A DNA stretch of 64,000 bases from Acidobacteriota bacterium. GTDB taxonomy: Bacteria; Acidobacteriota; UBA6911. The position numbers and the translations under genes were made by a program. This document shows positions 47,933 through 57,765 of this stretch, in pieces. Position 1 is the stretch's first letter. Each line of letters starts with the position of its first letter. The notes under the pieces were generated by a model. It did not search any database. It was not told the origin of the DNA and saw nothing but the letters and a program-made list of their open reading frames with translations. The stretch lies in assembly GCA_016934295.1 (NCBI GenBank), contig JAFGTD010000152.1:19624-83623 (forward strand). The letters run 5' to 3'.

Positions 47933-50243
47933 AGTCGGGATAATCTATGCGCCGGTGAAACACGCCGGTCAAAATTTTAAAGAAACTCTCTTTCACAAGT
48001 CGGATATCGCTAAGGGTAATATCGCATTCATCGAACTGATCCTCCTCCAGAATTCCATTCACAAGCCGATCGATCATTCCCTTTATCTGTGAAGAATTGG
48101 GATCCAAAAGAGTCCGGGAAGCCGCTTCCACGGAATCCGCCATCATCATAATGGCCGCCTCTTTGGTCTGGGGTTTGGGGCCCGCATAACGAAAATCCGC
48201 ATCTAAAACTTCTCCGTTCCTATTATCCGCGGTTTGCCTGGCTTTCTTGAAAAAATAGGTCATCATGCGCGTCCCGTGGTGCTGCGGGATCATCTCGCGA
48301 ATGCGCTCCGGAAGCCCGATTTCCTTTGCCAGCTTCAGCCCGTCTTTTACGTGTCTGTTGAGAACAAGGCAGCTGATTCTTGGAGATATTTCCTCGTGCT
48401 TATTATAATCGCGCGATTGATTCTCCACGAAATATTCCGGCTTAATAACCTTCCCGATATCATGATAGTAGGAGGAAACACGGGCCAGCAATGGATTGGC
48501 ACCTATTGCTTCAGCGGCATCCTCGGCCAAGGTGGCTACCATGAGGCTGTGATGATAGGTGCCGGGCGCTTCGACCGATAAACGACGCAGTATCGGCGCA
48601 TTGAGATTGGACAGTTCCAGCAGGCGGATATCGGTTACGACTCTGAAAATCAGTTCCAGTGCCGGCAGCATCATGGAGGCCATTGTCGAGGCCAGAATAC
48701 CGCTTAAAAATGCCACGATTATCAGGTCAATGCCGTTGGATAAGCTGACCGGATTCTGCCTCAGGATATGCATGCCCAAAAGACAGATGCAATTCAGAAA
48801 CCCTATCGCAAACCCCGCTTCCAGAATCGCAGCGCGGTCCTTATATTTCCGGATGCTGTAAATGCCGGCAAGGCTGCCCGTAATCAGATATACAGCCGAG
48901 TCAATCTCGCCGTAAAAAAGTCCGGTCAAGGTCGCCAGGATGATAGAGGTAATAATCCCAAGATTGACGTCAATAAGAATGGTCGCCAGAAGCGGTCCAA
49001 GCGCAAAAGGAATGGCGTAGTACAGAACCGAGGGATCCTGAAATCGGCTAAACCTTTCGTCAAGAATATCGGCAAGAGCGGTGGCCAAACGAATAATCAG
49101 CAGTTCGGATGTAATAATGACAAGAGCCAGTGTCGCATAATTCCTGATTTTTTTATGACGCGACTGGAAAAAAACAAAGTAGCGCCAGAGCGAATAAACC
49201 AGAATGACAACGAATAAAAAATATCCCAGACCCTGCAATATTATGGAGGACGGTTTCCAAAGGTCTCTCAGGGCATTCAACTGCCTCAATAAATCAGCGG
49301 TTATGGTTTCGCCGTAACGCACAATCGTTTGCCCACGCTTGATCTGTACTTCCACAGGCGGAATGCGGGAAACGGCCAATGCGCGTCTCGCCTCTGTTTC
49401 CTCTTTGTTATATACCAGTGTAGGAACCAGCATTGTTTCAAGATAGCGGATCAACTGATCTTTCTCTTTACTCGTCCATCGGGGAATATCCAGGTCGAAA
49501 CGGCGCAGGTCTTTTTTCGCTTCTGAGAGATCCCGTACCGGTCCGGCATCGGCAAGGAGATGCTCGAAGGGAGAATTGTCCCGGATGACTATCCCTATTT
49601 TCTGGTGCTGGGCGAATCCTTCGCGATCCTCGATTATTCCTTCCTTGAGAACAGCATCCAGGATTTCAAGAATTTTTTTCTCTACGGTCGGATCGAAATT
49701 TTCCCTTACCAGAATTTTCAGGAGATCACTGGGGAAAAAATCGCCGACGAGACTCTTCAGCTCATTCAGAAGATCCTGCTGCAACTGGGAATTCGATTGT
49801 CTTTGTCGGGAGACTTCCTTCTCCTCCAGAAGCATGCGGGCATCGGAGAACACACGACTCACGGCACTCTTTATATCGGAGATACGGTCCTGGTCCAGCT
49901 GATATACGAACGGAATCCCGTTCTCCGCTTCCGCCCGTTTTATGGCGGTAGCCTCGAAATCGATGTATTGGGCGTCTTTTGAGGCGCGAATATCCTGGTT
50001 GGCGGTCTGCCCCTCTTCAAATTCGGGGATATTCTGATGTCGGAATCCCACCAGAATCGCTGTAATGGCAACCGTTGCGCAGAAACCGACAATAAAGTCA
50101 CGCCACGTCAGTTTACTGCGAAGACTCTTCAACAGCCTCAGGATATATTTCTGCGGCTGTCGGTCCCATCCCTTATCCAATCTCGCCAGGTTAGCCACGC
50201 AGTTCGACCTTTTCTTAGGATATAAACAGTCCCAATAACACAT
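47853..50243 (-). CDS. 7TM receptor with intracellular HD phosphohydrolase domain (PgpH/YqfF-like)
   Basis: About 790 aa. Extracytoplasmic N-terminal domain, 7 TM segments and a C-terminal HD domain (HHDIGK). The true start is probably internal, because the first codons lie inside the hairpin at 50241-50321. Confidence 0.8.
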   Translation of the reverse strand: MCYWDCLYPKKRSNCVANLARLDKGWDRQPQKYILRLLKSLRSKLTWRDFIVGFCATVAITAILVGFRHQNIPEFEEGQTANQDIRASKDAQYIDFEATAIKRAEAENGIPFVYQLDQDRISDIKSAVSRVFSDARMLLEEKEVSRQRQSNSQLQQDLLNELKSLVGDFFPSDLLKILVRENFDPTVEKKILEILDAVLKEGIIEDREGFAQHQKIGIVIRDNSPFEHLLADAGPVRDLSEAKKDLRRFDLDIPRWTSKEKDQLIRYLETMLVPTLVYNKEETEARRALAVSRIPPVEVQIKRGQTIVRYGETITADLLRQLNALRDLWKPSSIILQGLGYFLFVVILVYSLWRYFVFFQSRHKKIRNYATLALVIITSELLIIRLATALADILDERFSRFQDPSVLYYAIPFALGPLLATILIDVNLGIITSIILATLTGLFYGEIDSAVYLITGSLAGIYSIRKYKDRAAILEAGFAIGFLNCICLLGMHILRQNPVSLSNGIDLIIVAFLSGILASTMASMMLPALELIFRVVTDIRLLELSNLNAPILRRLSVEAPGTYHHSLMVATLAEDAAEAIGANPLLARVSSYYHDIGKVIKPEYFVENQSRDYNKHEEISPRISCLVLNRHVKDGLKLAKEIGLPERIREMIPQHHGTRMMTYFFKKARQTADNRNGEVLDADFRYAGPKPQTKEAAIMMMADSVEAASRTLLDPNSSQIKGMIDRLVNGILEEDQFDECDITLSDIRLVKESFFKILTGVFHRRIDYPDYDFKRIDPEAEGTAVPNTGSEQAKTV

Positions 50244-50321
50244 TAGCCCGCATTTCTCACTACTTTTCTGTAACGGTAATAATTCTCCTGCTACAGAAAA
50301 AGCGGGAAATGCGGGCTAATG
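50241..50321. other. Long perfect inverted repeat with nested inner inverted repeat
   Basis: CATTAGCCCGCATTTC at 50241-50256 pairs with GAAATGCGGGCTAATG at 50306-50321, a 16-bp stem. Inner stem CTTTTCTGTA/TACAGAAAAAG. It lies between the etfA 3' end and the HD-gene 5' end. Confidence 0.6.
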
Positions 50322-50496
50322 AGGGAAAACCCGAACGTATCTGAATGTTTTCATGAGAGTGAATCTTTAAAACGCGAACGCCGGTTTCCCGTTTTACCCT
50401 TTTTCGGAGCAAAGATCCACCGCGGGCCGCATCGCCGTTTTTATTCTCTGCAACGGCAACTCCCCGGTCGCCGACAACAAGAAATGCGGCTTCGTG

Positions 50497-51477
50497 TTAC
50501 TCTTTCTGACTTTTTATAGCCTGCGTCAAAGCCGGTACAACCTCGAACAGGTCTCCGACAATGCCGTAATCGGCTACATTGAAAATGGGGGCTTCAGGGT
50601 CCTTGTTTATCGCTACAATAAATTTGGATGAAGACATCCCGGCCAAATGCTGAATCGCACCGCTGATTCCACAAGCGACATACAGCGTGGGCGAAACAGT
50701 TTTCCCTGTCTGTCCCACCTGATGCTGTTGATCAATCCATCCGGCATCGACCGCTGCACGGGATGCCCCCATAGCACCGCCGAAAGCATCCGCTAATGCC
50801 TCTACAACAGGAAAGTTTTCAGGGCCTTTCATTCCCCTGCCGCCGGAAACGATGATGTTGGCCTCTGTCAGTTCGACTTTCTGGCCGGAGGATTTTCTAG
50901 TCTCCTTTACGGATGCACGAATTTTCTCGGCATTCAATTCGGGCGTCAGGGTAACGGTTTCTGCATTGCGTGCCGTATCCGCGTCGCCGAGAGGGAAAAC
51001 ATTAGGACGCAGCGTCGCAATTGCCGGACTCATAAGGAGCCGAACCCTGGCATAAGCTTTGCCGGCATAGATCGGCCGAATACACTCCAGTTGTCCGTCA
51101 TCGACAATTTCGGCCGCAATGCAATCTTGAGCCAGTCCTACGCCGAGTCGGGCTGCCACCCGGGGCATAAGATCCCTTCCCATGGCGCTTGCGGTACCCA
51201 GGATAAATCTCGGCTCGACCTGTTTCGCCGCTTCAGCAACGGCGGTGCAAAAACCTTCCGTGGAATAAGAAGCCAACAGTTCATGTTTAACACACTGTAT
51301 TTTATCCGCGCCGTAATGCGCGAGATTCTCGGAAGCATCCCCCGAACCCACACGGATCGCTGTTACCGGCTCCTGTAATTGATCCGCTAATTTCCTCGCA
51401 GCCGCCAGCGCCTCAAGCGATGTCTTCTTAACCTTGCCTTCCCGCTCTTCTATGAAGACTAAGATTCCCTGAGCCAT
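50497..51477 (-). CDS. etfA: Electron transfer flavoprotein alpha subunit
   Basis: 326 aa. The EtfA fold and a FAD-binding C-terminal domain. Confidence 0.85.
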   Translation of the reverse strand: MAQGILVFIEEREGKVKKTSLEALAAARKLADQLQEPVTAIRVGSGDASENLAHYGADKIQCVKHELLASYSTEGFCTAVAEAAKQVEPRFILGTASAMGRDLMPRVAARLGVGLAQDCIAAEIVDDGQLECIRPIYAGKAYARVRLLMSPAIATLRPNVFPLGDADTARNAETVTLTPELNAEKIRASVKETRKSSGQKVELTEANIIVSGGRGMKGPENFPVVEALADAFGGAMGASRAAVDAGWIDQQHQVGQTGKTVSPTLYVACGISGAIQHLAGMSSSKFIVAINKDPEAPIFNVADYGIVGDLFEVVPALTQAIKSQKE

Positions 51478-51553
51478 CTTCCCTCCTTAATCCAGCCCGC
51501 ATGTCTCACATGATTTCTACTGCGGCGGGCCGGTACATAGCATCATTTGCGGA

Positions 51554-52330
51554 TTATATAACCTTTGCTTCCTCGTGCAGCAATTTCATCAATTGAGGCA
51601 CAACTTCAGATACATCGCCCTGCAGAATTTTTCCTGGTGGCCTTGAAGGAGGCAGCTTAACCTGCTCCACAGACAGGCGCGGTTTCCTGTCATCCTCTGC
51701 GAGGCCCAGCGAATCCAGATTCTTTACTTCGATCTTTTTCTTCTTGGCGGCCATGATCCCTTTCAAGGACGCATATCTCGGAGTATTCAGGCCTTTCTGA
51801 GCCGTAATCACTGCAGGCAGGCTGCCTTCAACGATCTCATGAGCTCCTTCGATATCTCTCTCGGCTCGAAAAATCTTTTCCTGGATTTCCAGTTTTGTTA
51901 CAACCGATGCCTGCGGAAGATCGAGACACTCCGCAACTACGGAGGGCACCTGCCCGTTATCCACGCCTATGGCGTGCTTGCCGAATAGTATCAGGTCGGG
52001 TGCAAGCTCTCGACAAACAGAAGCCAGTGCTTTCCCGATAATATAAGAATCGGCATTGTCGAGAGTGGGATCGGATATTAAAACCGCGGAATCCGCTCCC
52101 ATTGCCAGGCATGTCCGCAATCCCGCGGTAGCCTGTTCGGAACCGGCGCCGACCACGATAACTTCGCCACCCTGCGCTTCTTTTATCTTCAGTGCCTCTT
52201 CCACCGCAAACTCGTCATAGGGATTCACGATGAAGGATACGTCGGTAAGTTCGACCCCTTTTTCATCCGGAGTTACTCTAATTTTTATAGCGGTATCCGG
52301 AACATATTTAACACAAACGACTATCTTCAT
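51554..52330 (-). CDS. etfB: Electron transfer flavoprotein beta subunit
   Basis: 258 aa. N-terminus MKIVVCVKYVPD. Confidence 0.85.
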   Translation of the reverse strand: MKIVVCVKYVPDTAIKIRVTPDEKGVELTDVSFIVNPYDEFAVEEALKIKEAQGGEVIVVGAGSEQATAGLRTCLAMGADSAVLISDPTLDNADSYIIGKALASVCRELAPDLILFGKHAIGVDNGQVPSVVAECLDLPQASVVTKLEIQEKIFRAERDIEGAHEIVEGSLPAVITAQKGLNTPRYASLKGIMAAKKKKIEVKNLDSLGLAEDDRKPRLSVEQVKLPPSRPPGKILQGDVSEVVPQLMKLLHEEAKVI

Positions 52331-52438
52331 GACCCATTCCCCGTTTTTTAGATTCGTTTGAAGGACGTCTCAACCACATATTCTGTTCCATGACCTCGAT
52401 TTCAAGGATATGCCGTCGGCTACGATCCGCTTATTTAC

Positions 52439-52675
52439 CTAATTATTACGAGCTTCTACGTACTCGATCGCATTTTGTACGGTCTTGATCTTTTCCGCAT
52501 CTTCATCAGGAATTTCGATGCCGAAAGCTTCCTCAAATGCCATGACAAGTTCAATTGTGTCTAAAGAATCCGCCCCAAGATCGTCGACGAATGACGCACT
52601 CCCCGTAACTTCCGATTCGTTGACACCTAATTGATCCACAATGATTGATCTGACCTTTTCTTCTACTGATGCCAT
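52439..52675 (-). CDS. acpP: Acyl carrier protein
   Basis: 78 aa. The phosphopantetheine-attachment motif [18 protein letters not shown] is present. Confidence 0.85.
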   Translation of the reverse strand: MASVEEKVRSIIVDQLGVNESEVTGSASFVDDLGADSLDTIELVMAFEEAFGIEIPDEDAEKIKTVQNAIEYVEARNN

Positions 52676-52875
52676 TCCAGTTCCTCCTCTTTCATTTGGT
52701 CACCAGCGAGCTTCAAAGCTGCGGTTGAAAGGCTCACATTGTAGCATTCAAATACACGGAAGCAAGCGATTCGACATGCTAATTTTGCATCCGTATCCAG
52801 AGGGTGGTCCCTGTTTCCAGGCACTTTCACCGGCCAGTCGTCCGGCCCCTCAATAAATCCTATAGCTAAAGCCAG

Positions 52876-53904
52876 CTACCCGCTGATCGATTCAAATCCG
52901 TTAGAACCGTTATTGATCCGGTTCAACTCGGATTCGAGTTTTGTATTCACCTGATTCTCGGCAAATTCCTTTGCAACGCGAATCGCGTTCTTAATAGCGT
53001 TGCTGCTGGATCTTCCATGACAAATGATGGAAGCGCCGCGAAGTCCCAGGAGTGGAGCACCGCCATACTCTGAGTAATCAAGACGTTTCTTCAGCCGTTT
53101 GAAAGATTGCTGGCTTAATAAAGCTCCGAGCTTGGCCTGCAGGTTGCTGGAAAGCTCGTCTTTCAACAGCTTCAAAACCGCCTCTATCAGCCCTTCACTT
53201 GTCTTCAAGGCTACATTCCCGGTAAATCCATCGCATACGATAACATCCGCCCGACCGTTATAAATATCCCGACCTTCAACATTCCCGATAAAATTGAAAT
53301 GGAGCCGCTTCAGAGCCTGGTGAACCTCCTTGGTCAGTTCGTTTCCCTTCGTTTCCTCTTCTCCGACCGACATAAGACCGACGCGAGGTGAATGAACTCC
53401 TACGATTTTCTTGCTGAACAGATGTCCCATTACCGCAAATTGCACCAGATGATGCGGTTTGCATGTCACATTGGCCCCGACGTCCAGAAGAACGGCATGC
53501 CCCGTCAGCGTGGGCAATACAGCAGCCAGAGCGGGTCGGTCGACTCCGGGGACCGAGCCGAAAACCATTTTGGAGGTAGCCATCACCGCACCGGTATTGC
53601 CCGCACTCACCAAGCCGCTTGCTGTTTCATCTCTTACCAATTTTGCGGCAACGCGTATGGAAGAATCCTTCTTTCTACGAATCGCCAGTGTAGGAGATTC
53701 ATCCATCGCAATGACCTGTGTTGCATTGCGAATTTCGATAGACAGCCTATCGCCCCCGGCCTTCTTCAGGATAGGAGCCAGAATGGCTTCCTTCCCTACG
53801 AGAATTACATGCACATCGTAAGCCTTGGCGGCTTCAATGCTTCCTTCCACTTCACTGTAGGGAGCGTTATCGCTCCCCATACTGTCAACGGCGATCTTAA
53901 TCAT
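52876..53904 (-). CDS. plsX: Phosphate acyltransferase PlsX
   Basis: 342 aa. N-terminus MIKIAVDSMGSDNAP. Confidence 0.9.
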   Translation of the reverse strand: MIKIAVDSMGSDNAPYSEVEGSIEAAKAYDVHVILVGKEAILAPILKKAGGDRLSIEIRNATQVIAMDESPTLAIRRKKDSSIRVAAKLVRDETASGLVSAGNTGAVMATSKMVFGSVPGVDRPALAAVLPTLTGHAVLLDVGANVTCKPHHLVQFAVMGHLFSKKIVGVHSPRVGLMSVGEEETKGNELTKEVHQALKRLHFNFIGNVEGRDIYNGRADVIVCDGFTGNVALKTSEGLIEAVLKLLKDELSSNLQAKLGALLSQQSFKRLKKRLDYSEYGGAPLLGLRGASIICHGRSSSNAIKNAIRVAKEFAENQVNTKLESELNRINNGSNGFESISG

Positions 53905-53940
53905 TTATCCACGCGAATTGCTCGTGCTATTCAGGGAATC

Positions 53941-54126
53941 TTATATATCTTCCTCACCTTCCATCACCTGGCGCCCCTTATAATAGCCGCACTTCGGGCA
54001 AGCCTGATGCGGCGCCTTGGGTTCCAGGCAGTTCGGGCAAACACCGGGTGTAACAGTCTGAAGAAAATCATGCGCGCGGCGTTTTCCGCGACGCGATTTG
54101 GAATGTCTCCTTTTTGGATTAGGCAT
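53941..54126 (-). CDS. rpmF: 50S ribosomal protein L32
   Basis: 61 aa. The N-terminus MPNPKRRHSKSRRGKRRAH and a zinc-ribbon C-terminal domain. Confidence 0.9.
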   Translation of the reverse strand: MPNPKRRHSKSRRGKRRAHDFLQTVTPGVCPNCLEPKAPHQACPKCGYYKGRQVMEGEEDI

Positions 54127-54175
54127 GAACGGGTTTCTCCATTTTATGAAGGAATGATATTCCCTAATGAAATTT

Positions 54176-54706
54176 TTACTTGTCCGATTTTTTCTTAAAA
54201 TCCAGCAGAACCGAAAGGCGTGGATCTACTGTCTCTCCAGTACAGGAACATTTTCCTTCATTTAAATCGGCCCCACATTGGTAGCAGAGACCTTTACAAT
54301 CCTCTCGACAAACTAACTTCATGGGAATTGCAAGCTCAATTTGTTCTAAAACCATCAAATTCACATCAAATGCAACCCCATCGTAAAATGCGACTTCCAT
54401 ATCCTCGTATTTTAACTCCACCTCAACATTCTGATCCGACCACTCCGGTTGCGGGAGGTAGGAAAGATCAAATCCGGCAGAGACAGCTTTGCTGTATTCC
54501 TTAGTACACCTGGAGCACTTGAAGTGAACGACCGTTTCCACCGTTCCCGTGATGTGAAGGTCGCCATTTTTATGATCCAGCAAAAAATCCGCGGTCACAG
54601 GTTCGTTGAGAACCGCATCTTCGCGAGAAAATTCAATTTCTCCTGCCTGAAATACATGGTGGACGTGAAGCGGCTCCGGCTTTAGATCCTCAATTTCAAT
54701 GAACAC
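54176..54706 (-). CDS. yceD: YceD/DUF177 family protein (L32-associated)
   Basis: 176 aa. C-terminal Cys cluster CREDCKGLCYQCGADLN. Conserved position upstream of rpmF-plsX. Confidence 0.8.
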   Translation of the reverse strand: MFIEIEDLKPEPLHVHHVFQAGEIEFSREDAVLNEPVTADFLLDHKNGDLHITGTVETVVHFKCSRCTKEYSKAVSAGFDLSYLPQPEWSDQNVEVELKYEDMEVAFYDGVAFDVNLMVLEQIELAIPMKLVCREDCKGLCYQCGADLNEGKCSCTGETVDPRLSVLLDFKKKSDK

Positions 54707-54866
54707 AGCAAATACTCCTGCCTTCAGGCGAAGGTGGAATTATATTACCGGGGGAAGCTTTGTCAAGGATAAAACCGGTGGAATATAAGGACTTACGGCG
54801 GCATTGTGAATCAATAAAGCACAATCCGACGACGGCATTGTATAGCACCGGCCTAGGACGAATAAA

Positions 54867-55667
54867 TCAGGGTTCCGGCTCCGCTTCTGTTGATTCCTGC
54901 ACCTTTTCCAGTTCGGCCATCAATTTCTGTCTCAAGCTGCTGTATGCGGATCCCTGCGAAGTGGCTTCCTGAAGAACCTTTACGGCCTCATCGTTTTTTC
55001 CCTCGGCAATTAGAACCCTGGCCAGTTGCATGCTCAGATCATCTTTCGGAAGATCGTATTGCGCGTCGTTTATCATTCTCTCCAGAATTGTCTTTACCTC
55101 TCCATAATTCCCCGATGCCTCATAATGCTGCGCCAGCACCTTTTGGGCCAGGTATCCGACAGTGCGCGCCTTCGAGTTATTCGCGGCTTCCCTCAGGTTC
55201 TTAACGGCCTCTTCCGCCTTTCCCTGTTTCAGCTGGGTAAGGCCCAGATAGTATCGGGCGATTATTGAAACCTTGGAATAACCGTATCCCGACACTATCG
55301 AGGAAAATTCCTCGGCAGCTGCTTGATATTTTAATGACTCGTTGCTGAATACGGCATTGGAACCCTTTTCATAGGGATCGTCTGTTGCATCAGGATCGAT
55401 CTCTGCATGGTAAAAATCTATTCCTCTTCCCAGAATCTCCTGCGCCTGGATTTCCTTTTTTTCGAGAAATAATATTCCGCCATAAGCTCCGAGAGCCACC
55501 AGTATCGCTATCGCTCCCAGGATAATAATTTTCTTCTTATGTGTGGCAAGGAAATCAACCAGAGAAACAATGGATCCGTGTACCGAATCCTCGGCAAGTA
55601 TTTCTTTGCGAGTAAGCTTTGTGGTCCCCACTGTTCTTTCCTTATCCCTGTCAGTAATAGATTGCAA
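54867..55667 (-). CDS. Membrane-anchored TPR-repeat protein (YfgM-like)
   Basis: N-terminal TM segment followed by TPR-like helical repeats. Confidence 0.55.
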   Translation of the reverse strand: MQSITDRDKERTVGTTKLTRKEILAEDSVHGSIVSLVDFLATHKKKIIILGAIAILVALGAYGGILFLEKKEIQAQEILGRGIDFYHAEIDPDATDDPYEKGSNAVFSNESLKYQAAAEEFSSIVSGYGYSKVSIIARYYLGLTQLKQGKAEEAVKNLREAANNSKARTVGYLAQKVLAQHYEASGNYGEVKTILERMINDAQYDLPKDDLSMQLARVLIAEGKNDEAVKVLQEATSQGSAYSSLRQKLMAELEKVQESTEAEPEP

Positions 55668-56054
55668 AAAATAACATACCCACCTTCTGTAAGCAATCGG
55701 TAATCCTTTCCTGTCATCAACAATAAAATATCAGGCGGCTGGTCCGCATTTCTTACGAAGGATCAGGTAGCTCCGCCTGAACCAGGGCGGCGCGGCAGTA
55801 AACTTATGAGAAATACCGGCCGGAATTCCCTGCCCTCGAAATAATGAATCCTCTTATCCCGAATATTCGCAAGAGTAACTCCATTATATTGGGAAATAAT
55901 AGCTTACCGACTATACTTCCCTGTAGGCACAGGATGTCGTGTATGAATTACTTTCGAGAAAACCGGGTTAAAATGCTAACATAGGACGCGGTTAAGCGTA
56001 TTTTTAATATAGGGATGCACACGCATACAAACGTGCTCCCTGTAGGAGGATTGG

Positions 56055-57422
56055 ATGAAGAAACTTGTTTGTTTGATGGCATCGTTTGTTTGTGCTGCGA
56101 TCCTGTTGTCCGTCAACTTCTCTGTTGAGAGTTCCCAAGCCGCGGACAACTCAAAATTCGGCATCGCCTACAGCGGCAATATCATGGGATATTTCGAGTC
56201 CTGTGGCTGAGCGGAAACAGGCGAGCAGCTCGGCGGGCTGTACAAGAAAGCGTATTTTCTGGATCAATACCGTAAAAACAACGGAAATTTAATCGTCGTC
56301 GATGCAGGCGACCTTCTGAACGAAGATGAGGAAATCCCCGAATCGGTCATGGAATCAGCCAGGATCAAGGCCGATTCAATGGTCCGAATCTTCAATCATA
56401 TCGGCGTAGATGCCGTCAATGTGGGAGAAAGGGATTTAGCCCTTGGAATCCCCTATCTCAAGGAGTTGGAGGGAAAATACAATTTTCCGTTTATATCGGC
56501 GAATTTAACGGATGAAAACGGCTCTCCGATTTTCAAGCGGTATGTCATAAAGAACATCAACGGAAAAAATGTGGGAATCTTCGGACTTATGGGCGATATG
56601 TCCGAAATGGTCGGTAAAGTTGAGAACGCCACCGGTGGAACGGTGAAGGTTCAGGATGTCATAGAAGCGGCTACATCCGTCCTTGCGGAACTTGCCGGCA
56701 AGGTAGATTACACAATCGCGTTGGCCCATCAAAAGACCAACAGAGACTGGGTTCTCGCCAGACGGGCCGAAGGCATCGACGTAATCATAGGCGGCGATGA
56801 TTATTTGAAAACCGAAGATCCCAAAAAGGCAGGAGAAACCCTTATGGTACGGGCAGGTGAAAAAGGCCAGTACCAAGGATTGTTGGAAGTAACCCTCAAT
56901 GGCGGGAAAACAGCCGAGAACTCCCTGATTCCTTTCGGCGATAAAATCGATGACGATCCCGAAGTAAAACAGATGCTTAACGAATACAACGATAAAATTG
57001 TCGCACTCTATGGAGGCGGGTCGGATACCCAAAGCGACGCCACTGCCGCCCCTGTCGCGTTAAGAGCCAGCTCCTGTGAACCCTGCCATACGGAAGTCGT
57101 ACAGAAATGGCAGGCCTCGGATCATGCCAAAGCTTACAGCACACTGGTCGAACGATCCAAGCAGTTCGATCCGTCATGCCTTGTATGTCACACAACACGC
57201 TTCGAGCAGCCCGGAGGGTTCACGATGACCCGGCAGCAGCCGGAATTGATGAATGTTCAGTGCGAATCCTGCCATGGGGATGCAACGAATCACCTGGGCT
57301 CAATGCAACCGATACCGGTGGCGAATCCGCCCATTGAAGTCTGCATCAAATGCCATACCGCCGACCGTTGCCCCGATATGGAAGAAAACTACGACGGCTA
57401 TTGGCAGAAAATAGTCCATTAA
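56055..57422 (+). CDS. Candidate selenoprotein: a secreted fusion of a degenerate 5'-nucleotidase-like metallophosphatase domain to a C-terminal tetraheme cytochrome c, with an in-frame TGA at 56208-56210
   Basis: AGGAGGA Shine-Dalgarno sequence plus ATG at 56055. Signal peptide MKKLVCLMASFVCAAILLSVNFSVESSQA. The frame stays open across a single TGA (…YFESCG-TGA-AETGEQLGGLYKK…) and continues to 57422. 5'-nucleotidase-like similarity spans the TGA (IAYSGNIMG ~ ILHTNDLHG; VVDAGDLLN; FPFISANL). The C-terminus carries four CxxCH motifs (CEPCH, CLVCH, CESCH, CIKCH). The downstream part has no signal peptide of its own. Confidence 0.6.
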
Positions 57423-57692
57423 AACATAAATGTTTATCGGGGAAGAGTGTGTTTCGACGGAATTAAGGAATGCGCTCTTCCCCTTACCCTCCCGCTCTCT
57501 CCCCCCTCAATTTTTACGCACCCCGAAATTCCTGGTATTTTCTGCAATTTACCTGTAGATCGGAGAAACTTCCTTGAACTTTGAAGCGTCGGGCGGTTTG
57601 AAGAATCTTCGATTCGGGGGCGAGCGTAGGATGCACTGAACACCGCCATATATAAAACTCTTGAGAAGCGCCGGCCAACCTTGCACCACAGG

Positions 57693-57731
57693 CAAAAAAA
57701 CGCAGGGGCACGGTATGTCGTGCCCCTGCGT
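57693..57731 (-). terminator. Rho-independent terminator after nuoM (a hairpin on both strands)
   Basis: ACGCAGGGGCACG-gtatgt-CGTGCCCCTGCGT. On the minus strand it is followed by TTTTTTTG. Confidence 0.8.
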
Positions 57732-57765
57732 TTGAAATAATCTCCGGCTGTATGAATTCTTCGTT

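Noticed and set aside
56208-56210. Reading the TGA as a true stop that separates a 51-aa secreted peptide from an independent downstream gene starting at the Met at 56349
   Set aside because: The downstream reading frame is continuous from the TGA and stays homologous to the metallophosphatase fold across it. It has no signal peptide of its own, yet it carries four CxxCH motifs that require export. Read-through (Sec) or a pseudogene is therefore more parsimonious. A sequencing error cannot be excluded.
57439-57483. Hairpin GGGGAAGAG…CTCTTCCCC just after the cytochrome gene, as a possible + strand terminator
   Set aside because: It is a good stem, but it is followed by TTACCCTCCC rather than a U-tract, so it is at best a weak or Rho-dependent signal. 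The true bidirectional terminator is at 57693-57731.
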